DNA of 64,000 nucleotides. Source: an uncultured Acidobacteriota bacterium. Lineage in GTDB: Bacteria; Acidobacteriota; UBA6911. A model generated the notes under the pieces. The model saw only the letters and a list, made by a program, of their open reading frames with translations. It was not told the origin of the DNA and did not search any database. Position numbers and translations under genes: made by a program. The number at the start of each line of letters is the position of its first letter. The first letter of the stretch is position 1. Shown here piece after piece: positions 1-12,422 of the stretch. The DNA lies in NCBI GenBank assembly GCA_963827655.1, contig CAWHCF010000004.1, positions 106,880 to 170,879 of the forward strand, read 5' to 3'.

Positions 1-666
1 CCCTCTGGCCTTCGCGCGCGCGGCTTGAAGGAAAAGCCTCTCTGCGTCATAGGTGCGCTGCGACTCAACCCGGGCGGCTTCGGCCTCCTGCTGCTGTCCA
101 AGTTTCCGGTAGGCCAGCTCCAGCTCCTGGTAGAGCAGCGGGTGATTGTTATCGAGGTCGAGCGCGCGTTCGCTCCAGAACAGGACTCCGTTCCAATCCT
201 GGCCGGTCTTCGACAGGCCAATCAGGCTTAAATACGAGGCGAGGTTTCCGGGCTCGAGCTCCACGGCCTTCTTGTATTCCTGGAATGCCTGGCCGTTCTT
301 CCCGAGCGCCTGATAGAGAAAAGCGAGGGTACGGCGGTGCTCTGCCACCAGGGGATTCCGCTGCGCTAGTTCACGCGCCTCCCGCAAAGCCTCCTGATCT
401 CTCCCCTGGAGAAAGAGACTCCGAATCCAATGAATACGGGCCCGGTCTCCCAGCGATCGATCACCGAGAATTTTTTCGAACTCCTGCGCGGCTTGCCGGG
501 CCATTCCTTTTTGGACCCACGTGATTCCGAGTCCGAGTCGCGCAGCGGCGTGCTCGGAGCGCAGGTTCAGCGCCGTGGTGAAAGCATCTTCGGCTTCCGA
601 AACCGCCGAGCGTCCCAGATAGAGAAAACCAAGTAAAACCCGCGCTTCAGTATGGGCCGGATCATT
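1..666 (-). CDS. TPR-repeat protein, partial and frameshifted, runs off the window start
   Basis: Manual minus-strand reading gives TPR-like helices (AEDAFTTALNL..APEHAAARLGLGITWVQKG..QAAQEFEKIL; QEYKKAVELEPGN). Start is uncertain. Confidence 0.5.
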
Positions 667-812
667 CTCGGCGATAGATCGTAGCAGTGCCTCGGCTTCA
701 GAAGGGCGAGAGGCCTTGACAAGGGAAACTGCTCTCTGGAAGAGAGCATCATCGGCAGCGGGCAGACTCAGGCCGGCGGCAAGGGTGATGTAGATCAGAA
801 TGATCGCACGAA

Positions 813-1178
813 TTAAGAGCATATTGTGCAAGCGCTACCCGCGCATCCCGTATTCGACTGCCTGCCATCCCGGCGATCAGCCGCGCGCCGCTCGCCCCGA
901 CGATCGCATTCTCCGAGGGGCTTCGCGCGCTTGGTCTGCTGCAGCGCCCTGGTGGATCGCGTCTTGCTGACGAGAGGAAACCGCTCAGGATGCTCGATGG
1001 ATTCAACCGCCAAGTCGATATCAAGGTCCGGCCAGTACAGATGATTTGGGGCCTGGAGCAGCACGTTGAGGATGTGACCTACAGGAGCATCACGGAACCA
1101 CGGAAACTCGTCGAACGGGACGAACATCTCCCTGACTCCGATCAGGAGCCAGAAGCCGTGAGCTGAGACGTTAGTCAC
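813..1178 (-). CDS. DUF2442-family protein (DhiA-like antitoxin)
   Basis: VTNVSAHGFWLL..F..FPWF..A....I.NV.....HLYWPDLDIDL..ESIEHPERFPL matches the recalled DUF2442 pattern. N-terminus may be disrupted by the adjacent repeat. Confidence 0.8.
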   Translation of the reverse strand: MTNVSAHGFWLLIGVREMFVPFDEFPWFRDAPVGHILNVLLQAPNHLYWPDLDIDLAVESIEHPERFPLVSKTRSTRALQQTKRAKPLGECDRRGERRAADRRDGRQSNTGCAGSACTICS

Positions 1179-1205
1179 TTCAGCCTCCGGGGCGTCGCGT
1201 TAACC

Positions 1206-1381
1206 AGGGCCGAAGGCCCGGCAGTGAATAGCCCCGCCCGTGAGGGCGTGGACGCGCAAGACCGAGTGGTCTGAGGTCCGAAGGACCGGCACTCCGGTTG
1301 TGTCGCACCTTCGGCGCTCATAGTGGTGAGACCCAGTTTCCCCGGCCTCACGGGGCTACGACTGTCGGCCCTTTGGGCCTT
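1206..1381. repeat. Nested palindromic REP/REPIN-like element
   Basis: Outer arms agggccgaaggcccggcagt / actgtcggccctttgggcct and inner arms gaggtccgaaggaccggcac / gtgtcgcaccttcggcgctc are imperfect inverted repeats. Confidence 0.65.
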
Positions 1382-1499
1382 TCCTCTCTTCGTTCTGCCA
1401 TCGAGCACTGGATCGCAGGACATGGACGTGGATCCGTGGCTCCTCACGCGAAAAGAAGTAGAATCGATACCCGCCCTTCCGGAATACGGTTGGACTCAC
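1356..1499 (-). pseudogene. Truncated DUF4160-family (DhiT-like) toxin
   Basis: GTG start gives MSPTVFRKGGYRFYFFSREEPRIHVHV, the DUF4160 N-terminal motif; similarity is then lost near the palindromic element. Lies upstream of DUF2442 as expected. Confidence 0.75.
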
Positions 1500-1637
1500 C
1501 CTGCTATGCTTTATCGAGTCAGGCAGCGATACGAATGTGATCGTAGCACTTGGATACCACGCCTTCAACAAGCCACCACGAACCCTAAGGAAGGCGTCAT
1601 CGAAATGGGCGGGTACTCAGACGGCGGGCTGTCCCAT

Positions 1638-2777
1638 TCAGTAAGCCGCCTGATAAAGGGCCAGCGCTTCTGATTCCTGGAGTGGCCGGGGATTGAACGT
1701 GCCGGTCCACTGTTCCATTGCCCCCCGCGCCAGGGCCGGGAGATCCTCCTTCTTGACGCCAATTTCCCCCAGGCGCTGCGGCAGACCGCTTCGCTCGAGC
1801 AAATGTAGCAGGCGGACTTCGAGACTGACGCCGCCGGCATCGTCTGAAACGCTCATCAATTCGCGATAGCTGTCACCGACCTCAGCGCTGTTCCAGCGCA
1901 CGACATGATGAAGAAGGATGGCGATCGCCATGCCGTGGTTGGTTCCGTAGCGATCAGTCAAGGGGTTTGCCAGCGCATGCGTCGCTCCCAGCATGGAGTT
2001 TTCGATGGCCACACCCGCGAGACAGGCTCCCAGAAGCATCGCGCCGCGAGCGTTCAAATCATCAGGTTGTTGGAGAACCCGTTCATAGTTATTGTCCAGT
2101 GACCGCCAGGCTTCCAAAGAGAAGAACTGCGAGTTAGAACTTCGCCTGGTGCTGACATAGGTTTCAACGGCGTGGCCGATGGCATCGAAGCCCGCCGTTG
2201 CCGTTACCATCCGGGGCTGCGATACCGTAAGCTGCGGGTCGAGGATGGCAGCCTGGAATGCCGCCTTGGGATCGCCGCAGGCCATCTTGCGATGACTCTG
2301 GTCGTCGCTGATCAAGGCGTAAGACTGCGCTTCACTGCCGGTCCCGGCTGTGGTGGGAACCGCAACCATCGGGAGCATCGGTTTTTGCGCTTTGCCGTAG
2401 CCCCAGTAGTCCTTCATGCAGCCGCCGTTAGTGAGAAGAAAATTGATGGCCTTGGCGCAATCGAGCGAACTTCCTCCGCCCAGGCCAACGATAAAATCTG
2501 CGCCGCTTTCGCGCGCGGCGCGCATTCCTCTCTCCGCCATCTCGGAAGTTGGGTTTTCGCCGAAGTCATGGAAGCGTTCGACCCGGAGGCCGGCATTGGT
2601 CATGACCTCCGAAGCGATAGCTACATGCCCGGCCGCCACAAGACCTGGATCCGAAACCAGCAAAACGCAGCGCCCTCCCGATTCGCGCACGAGATCGCCG
2701 AGACGCGACACAGCTCCTACGCCAAAGTGAATTCGAGTCGGGGACTTGAATTCAACCGCCTCCACCGGGGCTCCCAC
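1638..2777 (-). CDS. Iron-containing alcohol dehydrogenase
   Basis: GLGGGSSLDCAK, AVPTTAGTGSE, DAIGHAVE, HALANPL...HG motifs. Confidence 0.92.
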   Translation of the reverse strand: MGAPVEAVEFKSPTRIHFGVGAVSRLGDLVRESGGRCVLLVSDPGLVAAGHVAIASEVMTNAGLRVERFHDFGENPTSEMAERGMRAARESGADFIVGLGGGSSLDCAKAINFLLTNGGCMKDYWGYGKAQKPMLPMVAVPTTAGTGSEAQSYALISDDQSHRKMACGDPKAAFQAAILDPQLTVSQPRMVTATAGFDAIGHAVETYVSTRRSSNSQFFSLEAWRSLDNNYERVLQQPDDLNARGAMLLGACLAGVAIENSMLGATHALANPLTDRYGTNHGMAIAILLHHVVRWNSAEVGDSYRELMSVSDDAGGVSLEVRLLHLLERSGLPQRLGEIGVKKEDLPALARGAMEQWTGTFNPRPLQESEALALYQAAY

Positions 2778-2985
2778 AGCGCGGAAACGCGTCTAACCGA
2801 GAAGACTCAATGAAACCCAAAGCACGATTTTGAAATTGTGGCGGGGAATTGGACGATTTGGAAGAGTAATTGTTTCAAAATTTGTTGCTTTGGGACGGCG
2901 CCTTTCTCTACGAACGCTCGTATTCAGAAGCCCGACTGTCAGGTAGGGCATAGATTTTGGCCCTGAGTCGAAAAGATTCATCGTG

Positions 2986-3017
2986 GCGCATTAGAGGTTT
3001 GCCATGAAGTTCTCGCG
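2986..3017 (+). promoter_or_regulatory. Conserved non-coding repeat, copy 1 (candidate ECF sigma promoter)
   Basis: GCGCATTAGAGGTTTGCCATGAAGTTCTCGCG recurs at 7584-7616 with one extra T. Confidence 0.5.
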
Positions 3018-3191
3018 TATATGGACGAAAGCGAAATCGAACTCGGCGTTGGGACAACTCTCTGAAAAAACGGCAGGCGTGGCTCGGTAACCCTGACTAC
3101 GAACCCCGCTGTATAGCACAGCCTTCACGATCGGCTAAAGCCGGAACGACCAACCATCAGGCACGCGCCTGAGAAACGAAAGGAGCCGCAA

Positions 3192-4141
3192 ATGAAACCT
3201 ATTACCAAGATGACTATCGGCCTGGCAGCGTTCGCGCTGCTGGCCCTCTTTCCGGCCGGTGCTCTCGGGCAACACTTCTCCGAGTGGTCGACACCGGTAA
3301 GCCTGGGGCCGACGATCAACACTACATCTTTTGAGGTTTGTCCGTCGGTTACAAAGGATGGTCTCAGTCTTTACTTTGGCTCCCCGCGATCCGGCGGCCT
3401 CGGTAACGTGGACATCTACGTTTCAAAGCGTCCGAGCACCAACGATCCGTGGGGAACTCCGCAAAACCTCGGCCCGACGATCAATTCCCCCTCTGTTGAC
3501 AACTGTCCGTTCGTGACACCCGATGGCCACACCCTGATTTTTCTGAGCAATCGACCGGAGGTTCCGGTGGCATCGACTTGTACGTTTCATCCCGCCGGAA
3601 CAAGAGGGATGATTTCGGCTGGGAGACGCCCGTCCCCCTGCCAGGAATGAACACACCTTTCAATGAGTTTGGCCCAACGGGCTACGAGGATGAAGAAACG
3701 GGAGACTTCGTTCTCTTCTTTACATCGGATCGCCCGGGCGGCCCCGGCGGCCCCGACATCTATATGACCAGAACGGCAAGCGATGGAACGCTGCTTCCGC
3801 CTACTCTCGTGGCAGAACTCAGCAGCAGTGCGCAAGATTTGTTTGCCAACGTCCGAAAAGACGGGCGAGAATTGTTTCTCTCATCCGATCGCACCGGCAC
3901 AATTGGAAGTGTGGACTTCTGGGTGGCCACACGCGAGAGCACCTCTGACCCGTGGGGGGTTCCAGAAAACCTCGGACCGACTATCAATAGCACGGGTTTT
4001 GAACAGCGCACCGCGATTTCATGGGATGCTCTGACGTTGATTTTCTCTTCGAACCGGCATGGGACCGCGACCTCCGAACTCGACCTGTACGAGACTAACC
4101 GTACCAAGCAAAGGGGGCACAAGGACGATAATGACCACTGA
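3192..4141 (+). CDS. Secreted PD40/TolB-like repeat beta-propeller protein (one frameshift near 3560)
   Basis: Signal peptide, GGAG RBS, repeated W..P.NLGPTIN and DG..L.F.S.R.G..G..DIYV units across ORFs 3192-3650 and 3578-4141. Confidence 0.8.
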
Positions 4142-4168
4142 GGCGGTAAACGAGCGATCGGAAAAAGC

Positions 4169-6773
<2,605 letters not shown>

Positions 6774-6784
<11 letters not shown>

Positions 6785-7358
6785 CCGGACCTCCCTGGGT
6801 CAGCTCACGTTGCAGCCAGGCCTTGGCCAGCGTCCAGTCGCGCATCACGGTTCCCGGCGAAACGCCCAGGATCTCAGCCGTTTCTTCAATACTCATACCG
6901 CCAAAGAAACGCAATTCCACCAGCTCGCTCTTGCGGGAATCAAGCTCGGCCAGTCTCAGCAATGCCTCGTCCAGTGCAACCACTTCTGCGGCCCGGTCAC
7001 TGGACACGCCCATGGCTTCATCCAGCTCCGCCGGCTGAGCGCCACCGCCGCGTTTGGCATACTGGCGTGCCCGAGCGTAGTCCACAAGGATACGGCGCAT
7101 CATCCGGGCCGCCAGCGCAAAGAATTGGGCACGGTTCTTCCAGTTCGCTTCGCGCTGATCGACGAGTCGAAGGTAGGCCTCATGGACGAGGGCGGTGGTT
7201 TGCAGCGTGTGGTCCGGACGCTCACCACGAAGCTGGCCGTGTGCGAGCCGGCGCAGTTCCCGGTACACCAGCGGCATCAACTCCTCGAGAGCGTGCTGGT
7301 CGCCACTGCCCCATGCGACGAGCTTTTGGGTTACCCCTTCGGGGAGCGGTTCCTTCAT
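6774..7358 (-). CDS. ECF sigma-70 factor of the kinase-associated type
   Basis: [39 protein letters not shown]...[22 protein letters not shown]; overlaps the kinase start. Confidence 0.95.
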
Positions 7359-7583
7359 CTTCTCGAATCCTGCGCGCCAGGGGACTAACGCCGATGCGGG
7401 CGATTATAACACTTGCCGGGCTAACCCCGAATTCCGGAGGGTCGGACCCGAGCTCGGTTGTCAAAGCCCCGAGCCTTCCCTGGCGGTCGGGCTTTTGAAC
7501 TAGCCAAGCCACAAGACAGTAGCCCGAGTGTGAGGGGAGGGGAAAGATTTTAGCCAGGCCCTGGGACGAAAAAATTCTTTGCA

Positions 7584-7616
7584 GCGCATTAGAGGTTTTG
7601 CCATGAAGTTCTCGCG
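7584..7616 (+). promoter_or_regulatory. Conserved non-coding repeat, copy 2
   Basis: GCGCATTAGAGGTTTTGCCATGAAGTTCTCGCG; upstream flanks of both copies are also similar. Confidence 0.5.
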
Positions 7617-7670
7617 CATCATTGAGTCGCCTCGCTCCAAGGCATGCGTTGGTTGGATTCGATAGCCGGA

Positions 7671-7770
7671 TTATTCCTCCGGGAAATTCATGCGTCGGAG
7701 CAGCACTTTCCAGCGTGGATCGGAATGCAGATTCTCAAGAGGCTGGTCTTCCTTGAGTACGACAAGTAAA
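7671..7770 (-). pseudogene. C-terminal remnant of a second kinase/TPR protein
   Basis: LKEDQPLENLHSDPRWKVLLRRMNFPEE resembles the typical C-terminus of these kinases (compare DSFLDPIRKDPAFLQFM in 4169-6784). Confidence 0.55.
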
Positions 7771-8118
7771 GAGTTGCTCCCTCCACGTCGTCGGTCGATC
7801 CGGGAGGTCGACCAGGCTGGCAGTACGGACCCGATCGGTGGCGTAGACGATGACTTCGACACCGCGCTGTCGGTCCCTCGGGCACGGGGTCAGAACGTGT
7901 GAAAAAATTCAGCGAACAGCCCTCGATTGACCAAGAGCCCTTTGGCTTGCCACAGACGCAATCTATTCACAGCTTCTCAGCGTCGGACTCGCGTCCAGAC
8001 AGTTTTCAAGAAACTCAGCTGACATGCGACTGGCTGGCAGCCTAGGTGTTTTGTGTGCGGGATGAACCAGGGTCTCGATCGTTTGAGTCGAACGGCATAT
8101 TCACGAGGCAACCAACGT

Positions 8119-8991
8119 TTACGGCTCAGGTTCAAGGTCGAGCGCCACATCAAGCTGAGGCGCGCTGTGGGTAAGCCATCCGACCGAGAGCAGATCCACT
8201 CCGGCGGCGGCGACCGCCCGCGCCGTTGCGGGGTTGATTCCGCCCGACGCCTCGATTATCACTTTACCCTGCGCCAGGCGGACGCTCCGGCCGATGTCGG
8301 CGAGCGACATGTTGTCCAGCAGAACAGCGTCAACCTCGAGTCGAAGGACTTCTTCCAATTCTTCGATGGTGTCGACCTCAACCTCGATTTTTACCAGATG
8401 CCCGATGTAGCGACGGACTCTTTCAACCGCGGCCGTCACGCTTCCGGCGATCCGGCGGTGGTTGTCTTTTATCAGAACGGCGTCATCGAGTCCGAAGCGA
8501 TGATTGGCGCCGCAGCCGGCGCGAACCGCATACTTCTCGAGCGCTCTCAGCCCGGGTGTGGTCTTTCTGGTACACACGACCTTTGCCGGATATTCCCGGA
8601 TGGCTGCAACGATGTCGCGGGTTGCGGTGGCTATGCCGCACAGGCGACCTAGCAGGTTGAGCGCAGAGCGCTCGGCCGAAAGCAGCGGCCTCGCGGCTCC
8701 ACGGATCTCGGCCACTGTCTCCCCCGGCGCGGCGTCACCGCCGTCCGGAACCCGGACTGTAACCGCGACGTTGGGATCGAGGAGCCGGAAGGCGCAGGCC
8801 GAGACCTCGATTCCTGCAATCCGGCCGCCACTGCGCGCCACAATGAGGGCGTTCGCCGACGCCTGAGGGGGCACGATGGCGTCGGTTGTGAGATCGCCAG
8901 CCCGCCCAAGATCCTCTTCTAGAGCTCTGCGAACCACGCTTTCATATAGCAGCGGATACAGCGGTCTGAGATGGACGCTCGACTCTGCCAT
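8119..8991 (-). CDS. nadC: Nicotinate-nucleotide diphosphorylase (carboxylating)
   Basis: ALEEDLGRAGDLTT, TRKTTPGLRALEKYAV, NHRFGLDDAVLIKDNH, EVEVD, LLDNM, EASGG. Confidence 0.97.
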   Translation of the reverse strand: MAESSVHLRPLYPLLYESVVRRALEEDLGRAGDLTTDAIVPPQASANALIVARSGGRIAGIEVSACAFRLLDPNVAVTVRVPDGGDAAPGETVAEIRGAARPLLSAERSALNLLGRLCGIATATRDIVAAIREYPAKVVCTRKTTPGLRALEKYAVRAGCGANHRFGLDDAVLIKDNHRRIAGSVTAAVERVRRYIGHLVKIEVEVDTIEELEEVLRLEVDAVLLDNMSLADIGRSVRLAQGKVIIEASGGINPATARAVAAAGVDLLSVGWLTHSAPQLDVALDLEPEP

Positions 8992-9190
8992 TTTGAGTAA
9001 CGGTAACCATTCATGAATCCTGCTTGTCGTTTGCGACCGGCGAACAGCGTGTTTCTTAGTGTTTCTTCGTGTCCTAGTGGTATTTGTTTCGTCTCCAGGA
9101 AAACGCCAGCACCGACGAGTGACAGGAGGTCGCTAAGTCGTCGTGGCCATAAATACCGTAACCATTCAGGTCTCATCATCTCACCAGAAG

Positions 9191-10225
9191 TCAATTCCGC
9201 CGCAACTCCAGCATCCGCTCGACCGAGCGCCGGGCTTTCTCGGCGACGTCTGGTTCAATCGTCACTTCCGGTTGCATCGTCTGGAGACAGCGCAGAATCT
9301 TCGGAAGGGTAATACGCTTCATATGCGGGCAGAGGTTGCACGGGCGAATAAACTCGACCTCCGGGAACTCGACCGCTACGTTGTCGCTCATCGAGCACTC
9401 GGTGATCATGACGACTCGACTGGGGCGCTGCTGGTCGACGTGGCGAATCATTCCCGAGGTGGATCCTACGTAATCGGCTTCTGCCAGGACATCAGGCGAG
9501 CATTCCGGGTGAGCCAGGATCTGGATGTCGGGGTATTGCTGGCGGTAGAGGCGCAGGTCACCGGCCGAGAATCGTTCATGAACCTCACAGTGTCCCTTCC
9601 AGAGGATCACCTGGGTTTTTGTCTGTCCGGCAACATAGCGTCCCAGGAACTCGTCAGGCAGGAAAATCACCCGTTCGCTTCCCAGCGACTCGACGATCTC
9701 GACGGCGTTGGCGGAGGTGCAGCAGACATCCGACTCCGCTTTCACCGCGGCCGAAGTATTAACGTAAGTGACGACGGGAACCCCCGGATAGCGCTGGCGC
9801 AGCAGCCGCACATCGTCGGCCGTGATAGACGCTGCCAAAGAGCACCCGGCCTCGACGTCCGGGATCAGGACTTTCTTATCGGGGCAGAGAAGCTTCGCGG
9901 TCTCGGCCATGAAGTGCACGCCACAAAGCACAATGATCTCGGCATCGGTTTGAGCCGCCTGCCGAGCAAGCGCAAGTGAATCGCCCGTGAGATCGGCGAC
10001 GCCATGGAATATTTCAGGGGTCTGGTAATTGTGGCTCAGGATGATGGCGTTGTGCCGGCGCTTGAGATCGTTGATCGCGGCCACATAGGGAGCGTGCACG
10101 GGCCATTCAATCTGGGGCATGACATTCCGGATGCGCTCGAAGATCGGAGCGGTCGCCTGAGCCACCGCAGGCGTGTAGTCCAGACCGTCTGCCGGTCGAG
10201 ATGAATCGAAAGTGTAAGAGGCCAA
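9191..10225 (-). CDS. nadA: Quinolinate synthase
   Basis: [47 protein letters not shown]. Start set at TTG 10225 after GGAGGAGG. Confidence 0.97.
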   Translation of the reverse strand: MASYTFDSSRPADGLDYTPAVAQATAPIFERIRNVMPQIEWPVHAPYVAAINDLKRRHNAIILSHNYQTPEIFHGVADLTGDSLALARQAAQTDAEIIVLCGVHFMAETAKLLCPDKKVLIPDVEAGCSLAASITADDVRLLRQRYPGVPVVTYVNTSAAVKAESDVCCTSANAVEIVESLGSERVIFLPDEFLGRYVAGQTKTQVILWKGHCEVHERFSAGDLRLYRQQYPDIQILAHPECSPDVLAEADYVGSTSGMIRHVDQQRPSRVVMITECSMSDNVAVEFPEVEFIRPCNLCPHMKRITLPKILRCLQTMQPEVTIEPDVAEKARRSVERMLELRRN

Positions 10226-10242
10226 CTTGATACCCTCCTCCC

Positions 10243-10263
10243 TTATGCTCATCCTGAGCATAT
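10243..10263. promoter_or_regulatory. NadQ operator box 1
   Basis: TTATGCTCATCCTGAGCATAT fits the recalled NadQ palindrome ttATRCTCannntGAGYATaa; adjacent to the nadA RBS. Confidence 0.85.
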
Positions 10264-10301
10264 TAAGCCCCAAAAAAATCGCCCCGCCCCGCGGGGCCCA
10301 G

Positions 10302-10322
10302 TTATACTAGACCTGAGCATAT
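10302..10322. promoter_or_regulatory. NadQ operator box 2 (imperfect)
   Basis: TTATACTAGACCTGAGCATAT, same geometry with a degenerate left arm. Confidence 0.7.
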
Positions 10323-10421
10323 GGGGTGTCAACCCCTAACATCATGTGCAGCCTGGTGCAGTCCGGAGCGGGCTTGGATGTCTGCAGGTTCTCAGCGCGC
10401 TGGGATCGAGTGCCTGTCAGG

Positions 10422-11447
10422 TTAACTCTGGCGCAATCCGGGCAGGCCGACGCCCGGAGCGGGCCGTTCGCGCAACACGTCGCGTCGGAAGCGGAAAAGC
10501 TCGGCCGGGCGGCCACCGGTTGAATCGTCGAGACGGCCGGTGCCTTCGACCAGCCCCCCTTTTTCGAGCAGACGGCGCAAGTTCTGTTTGTGCAACCGAA
10601 CGCCGGAGAGCGCTTCCACCAGGCGCTGAAGTTGCCACAGAGTAAAGGTCGGAGGGAGAAGCTCGAAGACCACGGGGCGGTACTTTATTTTTCCCCTTAA
10701 CCGGCCGAGGGCTGTGGCAAGAATACGGCGATGGTCAAAGGCCATCGACTGGCCGACGTGAACGCCGGCGTACTGCTTCGGCTCCTGATTCCCCACAGGC
10801 CGAACCGCCTTTGGTGCGTGGTCGTAAATGGCCTCAGCTGCCAGCCCGGCTTCGTAAAGTAACTCGTAACGTTCGAGAACGAGCTCTCCATTCCACGGCA
10901 CGCCTCCGAGACCAAATGAAATGTCTATTCGCTCCCGCCTTTGCCGGCGTCGGGAGTCGACCGGAGCGTCGCGAACCCAGCGGACCAAGGCCGGTGCTAT
11001 CGGCTGATCGATTGCAGCCGGGCGGCCGGTGCGCCAGTCTTCCCAGGGGAAGAATCGGTACCAGTCAACCCACTCCGACTCACTTGCACCCGACGGTTTG
11101 ACCTCGCGCACCAGCGCCAGGTAGGCAATCGATATCATCCGGGGAGCGCCCTTCCACTCCCGAGAAAAGCGGTTGCGATCGGCAAAGGTGTAAAGCTGCT
11201 CGACGTAACCCAGCTCGAGTCCGGTCTGTTCGCGCACCCATTGGCGCAAGGCCCGCTCCAGCGTTTGGTCGCTACTCGGGTCCAGAGGTCCAAAGGGAAG
11301 GGCGTCTCGCGTCCAATCGCCGGCGCTTCGCCTCTTTTTTGAAAAACCCGGGAGATAACTCGATTTCTTTACCGTGAGAATCCTGGGCACTTCGTCCGTG
11401 ACCGCTACGATGACGGCGTTGAGTCCAATATCTACGGGCGTCTTCAC
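10422..11447 (-). CDS. nadQ: NadQ-like NAD biosynthesis regulator (Nudix-like plus winged helix, COG4111)
   Basis: LPFGP, WVREQTGLELGYVEQLYTF, FPWEDWR, LERYELLYEAGL, DHRRILATALGRLRGKIKYRPVVFEL, FTL..LQ, GGRPA; directly upstream of nadA. Confidence 0.85.
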   Translation of the reverse strand: MKTPVDIGLNAVIVAVTDEVPRILTVKKSSYLPGFSKKRRSAGDWTRDALPFGPLDPSSDQTLERALRQWVREQTGLELGYVEQLYTFADRNRFSREWKGAPRMISIAYLALVREVKPSGASESEWVDWYRFFPWEDWRTGRPAAIDQPIAPALVRWVRDAPVDSRRRQRRERIDISFGLGGVPWNGELVLERYELLYEAGLAAEAIYDHAPKAVRPVGNQEPKQYAGVHVGQSMAFDHRRILATALGRLRGKIKYRPVVFELLPPTFTLWQLQRLVEALSGVRLHKQNLRRLLEKGGLVEGTGRLDDSTGGRPAELFRFRRDVLRERPAPGVGLPGLRQS

Positions 11448-11588
11448 GATTTTCTTCCCTGGTCCTTCCGTGCCTTCGGTTGATTCAGGTAGTGTCTCGC
11501 CTTCGGGATCGAGATTCCACGTGAAAGGCTTGTCTCAGGAGGGGTATCATCGTCTCGAAAGAAACAAGTTTAATCCCGGCCATTGCCA

Positions 11589-12410
11589 ATGCCAATCAAG
11601 GCGATCCCTTCAGCTCGACAACTGGCGAGCCAAACAGTTGGCGCCCTCGAAGCCGCTGCTGATTCCACCAGGGCCGCGCAAGCGAGATCCTACTTCAAAC
11701 GGCACGAAAAAACCGAATTCTATGGAGTCTCGAGTCCCAAAGCACGCCAGATCGAGAGAAGCCTGTTTCAGATGGTTCGCGGGCATTGGACTATCGGCGA
11801 TGCCGTATGCTATTGCGACATTTTGATCCGAAAGCCGCACATGGAATCGAGGTTCATCGGTCTTCTATTGCTGTCACGGTATCGAAAACGGTTCGATGCT
11901 GATCTCTTGAGAACGGTCAAATCCTGGATCTCGCGCGGGTACTGTGACAACTGGGCGGTTACTGACGGGATATCAACCCTGATTATAGCCCCGCTGCTTC
12001 GGACTTTTCCCGGGCTGATCCCGAGGACGAAATCATGGATTTCGTCTGAAAACCTGTGGCTGCGCCGGTCGGTCCTGGTCTCTCTGGTTCCTGGCGCGCG
12101 GAAAGGGGAGCAGCTGGACGAGGCTTATGCCGCTGCGGCGTCGCTATTGGGTAGCCGCGATGACCTGATCCACAAGGCGACGGGCTGGCTGCTGCGCGAG
12201 GCGGGAAAAACCGACCCCTCCCGGCTCGAAGCCTTTCTTTTGAACCGCGGGCCCAAGATTCCCAGAACTGCGCTCCGTTACGCCATTGAGAAATTTCCCG
12301 CGGCAAAGCGGCGCATGATTCTGGAGCAAACGCGGACGCCGCTAAGGCTCGCGCCTCGCCGGCGTGGCGGGCGCGCAGCAGAACGTGAACCTGTTTCGGC
12401 GCGGACCTGA
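11589..12410 (+). CDS. DNA alkylation repair protein (AlkD-like)
   Basis: DNWAVTD, SENLWLRR, DDLIHKATGWLLREAGK, PRTALRYAIEKF. Confidence 0.9.
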   Translation: MPIKAIPSARQLASQTVGALEAAADSTRAAQARSYFKRHEKTEFYGVSSPKARQIERSLFQMVRGHWTIGDAVCYCDILIRKPHMESRFIGLLLLSRYRKRFDADLLRTVKSWISRGYCDNWAVTDGISTLIIAPLLRTFPGLIPRTKSWISSENLWLRRSVLVSLVPGARKGEQLDEAYAAAASLLGSRDDLIHKATGWLLREAGKTDPSRLEAFLLNRGPKIPRTALRYAIEKFPAAKRRMILEQTRTPLRLAPRRRGGRAAEREPVSART

Positions 12411-12422
12411 AATGCGAAGAGG

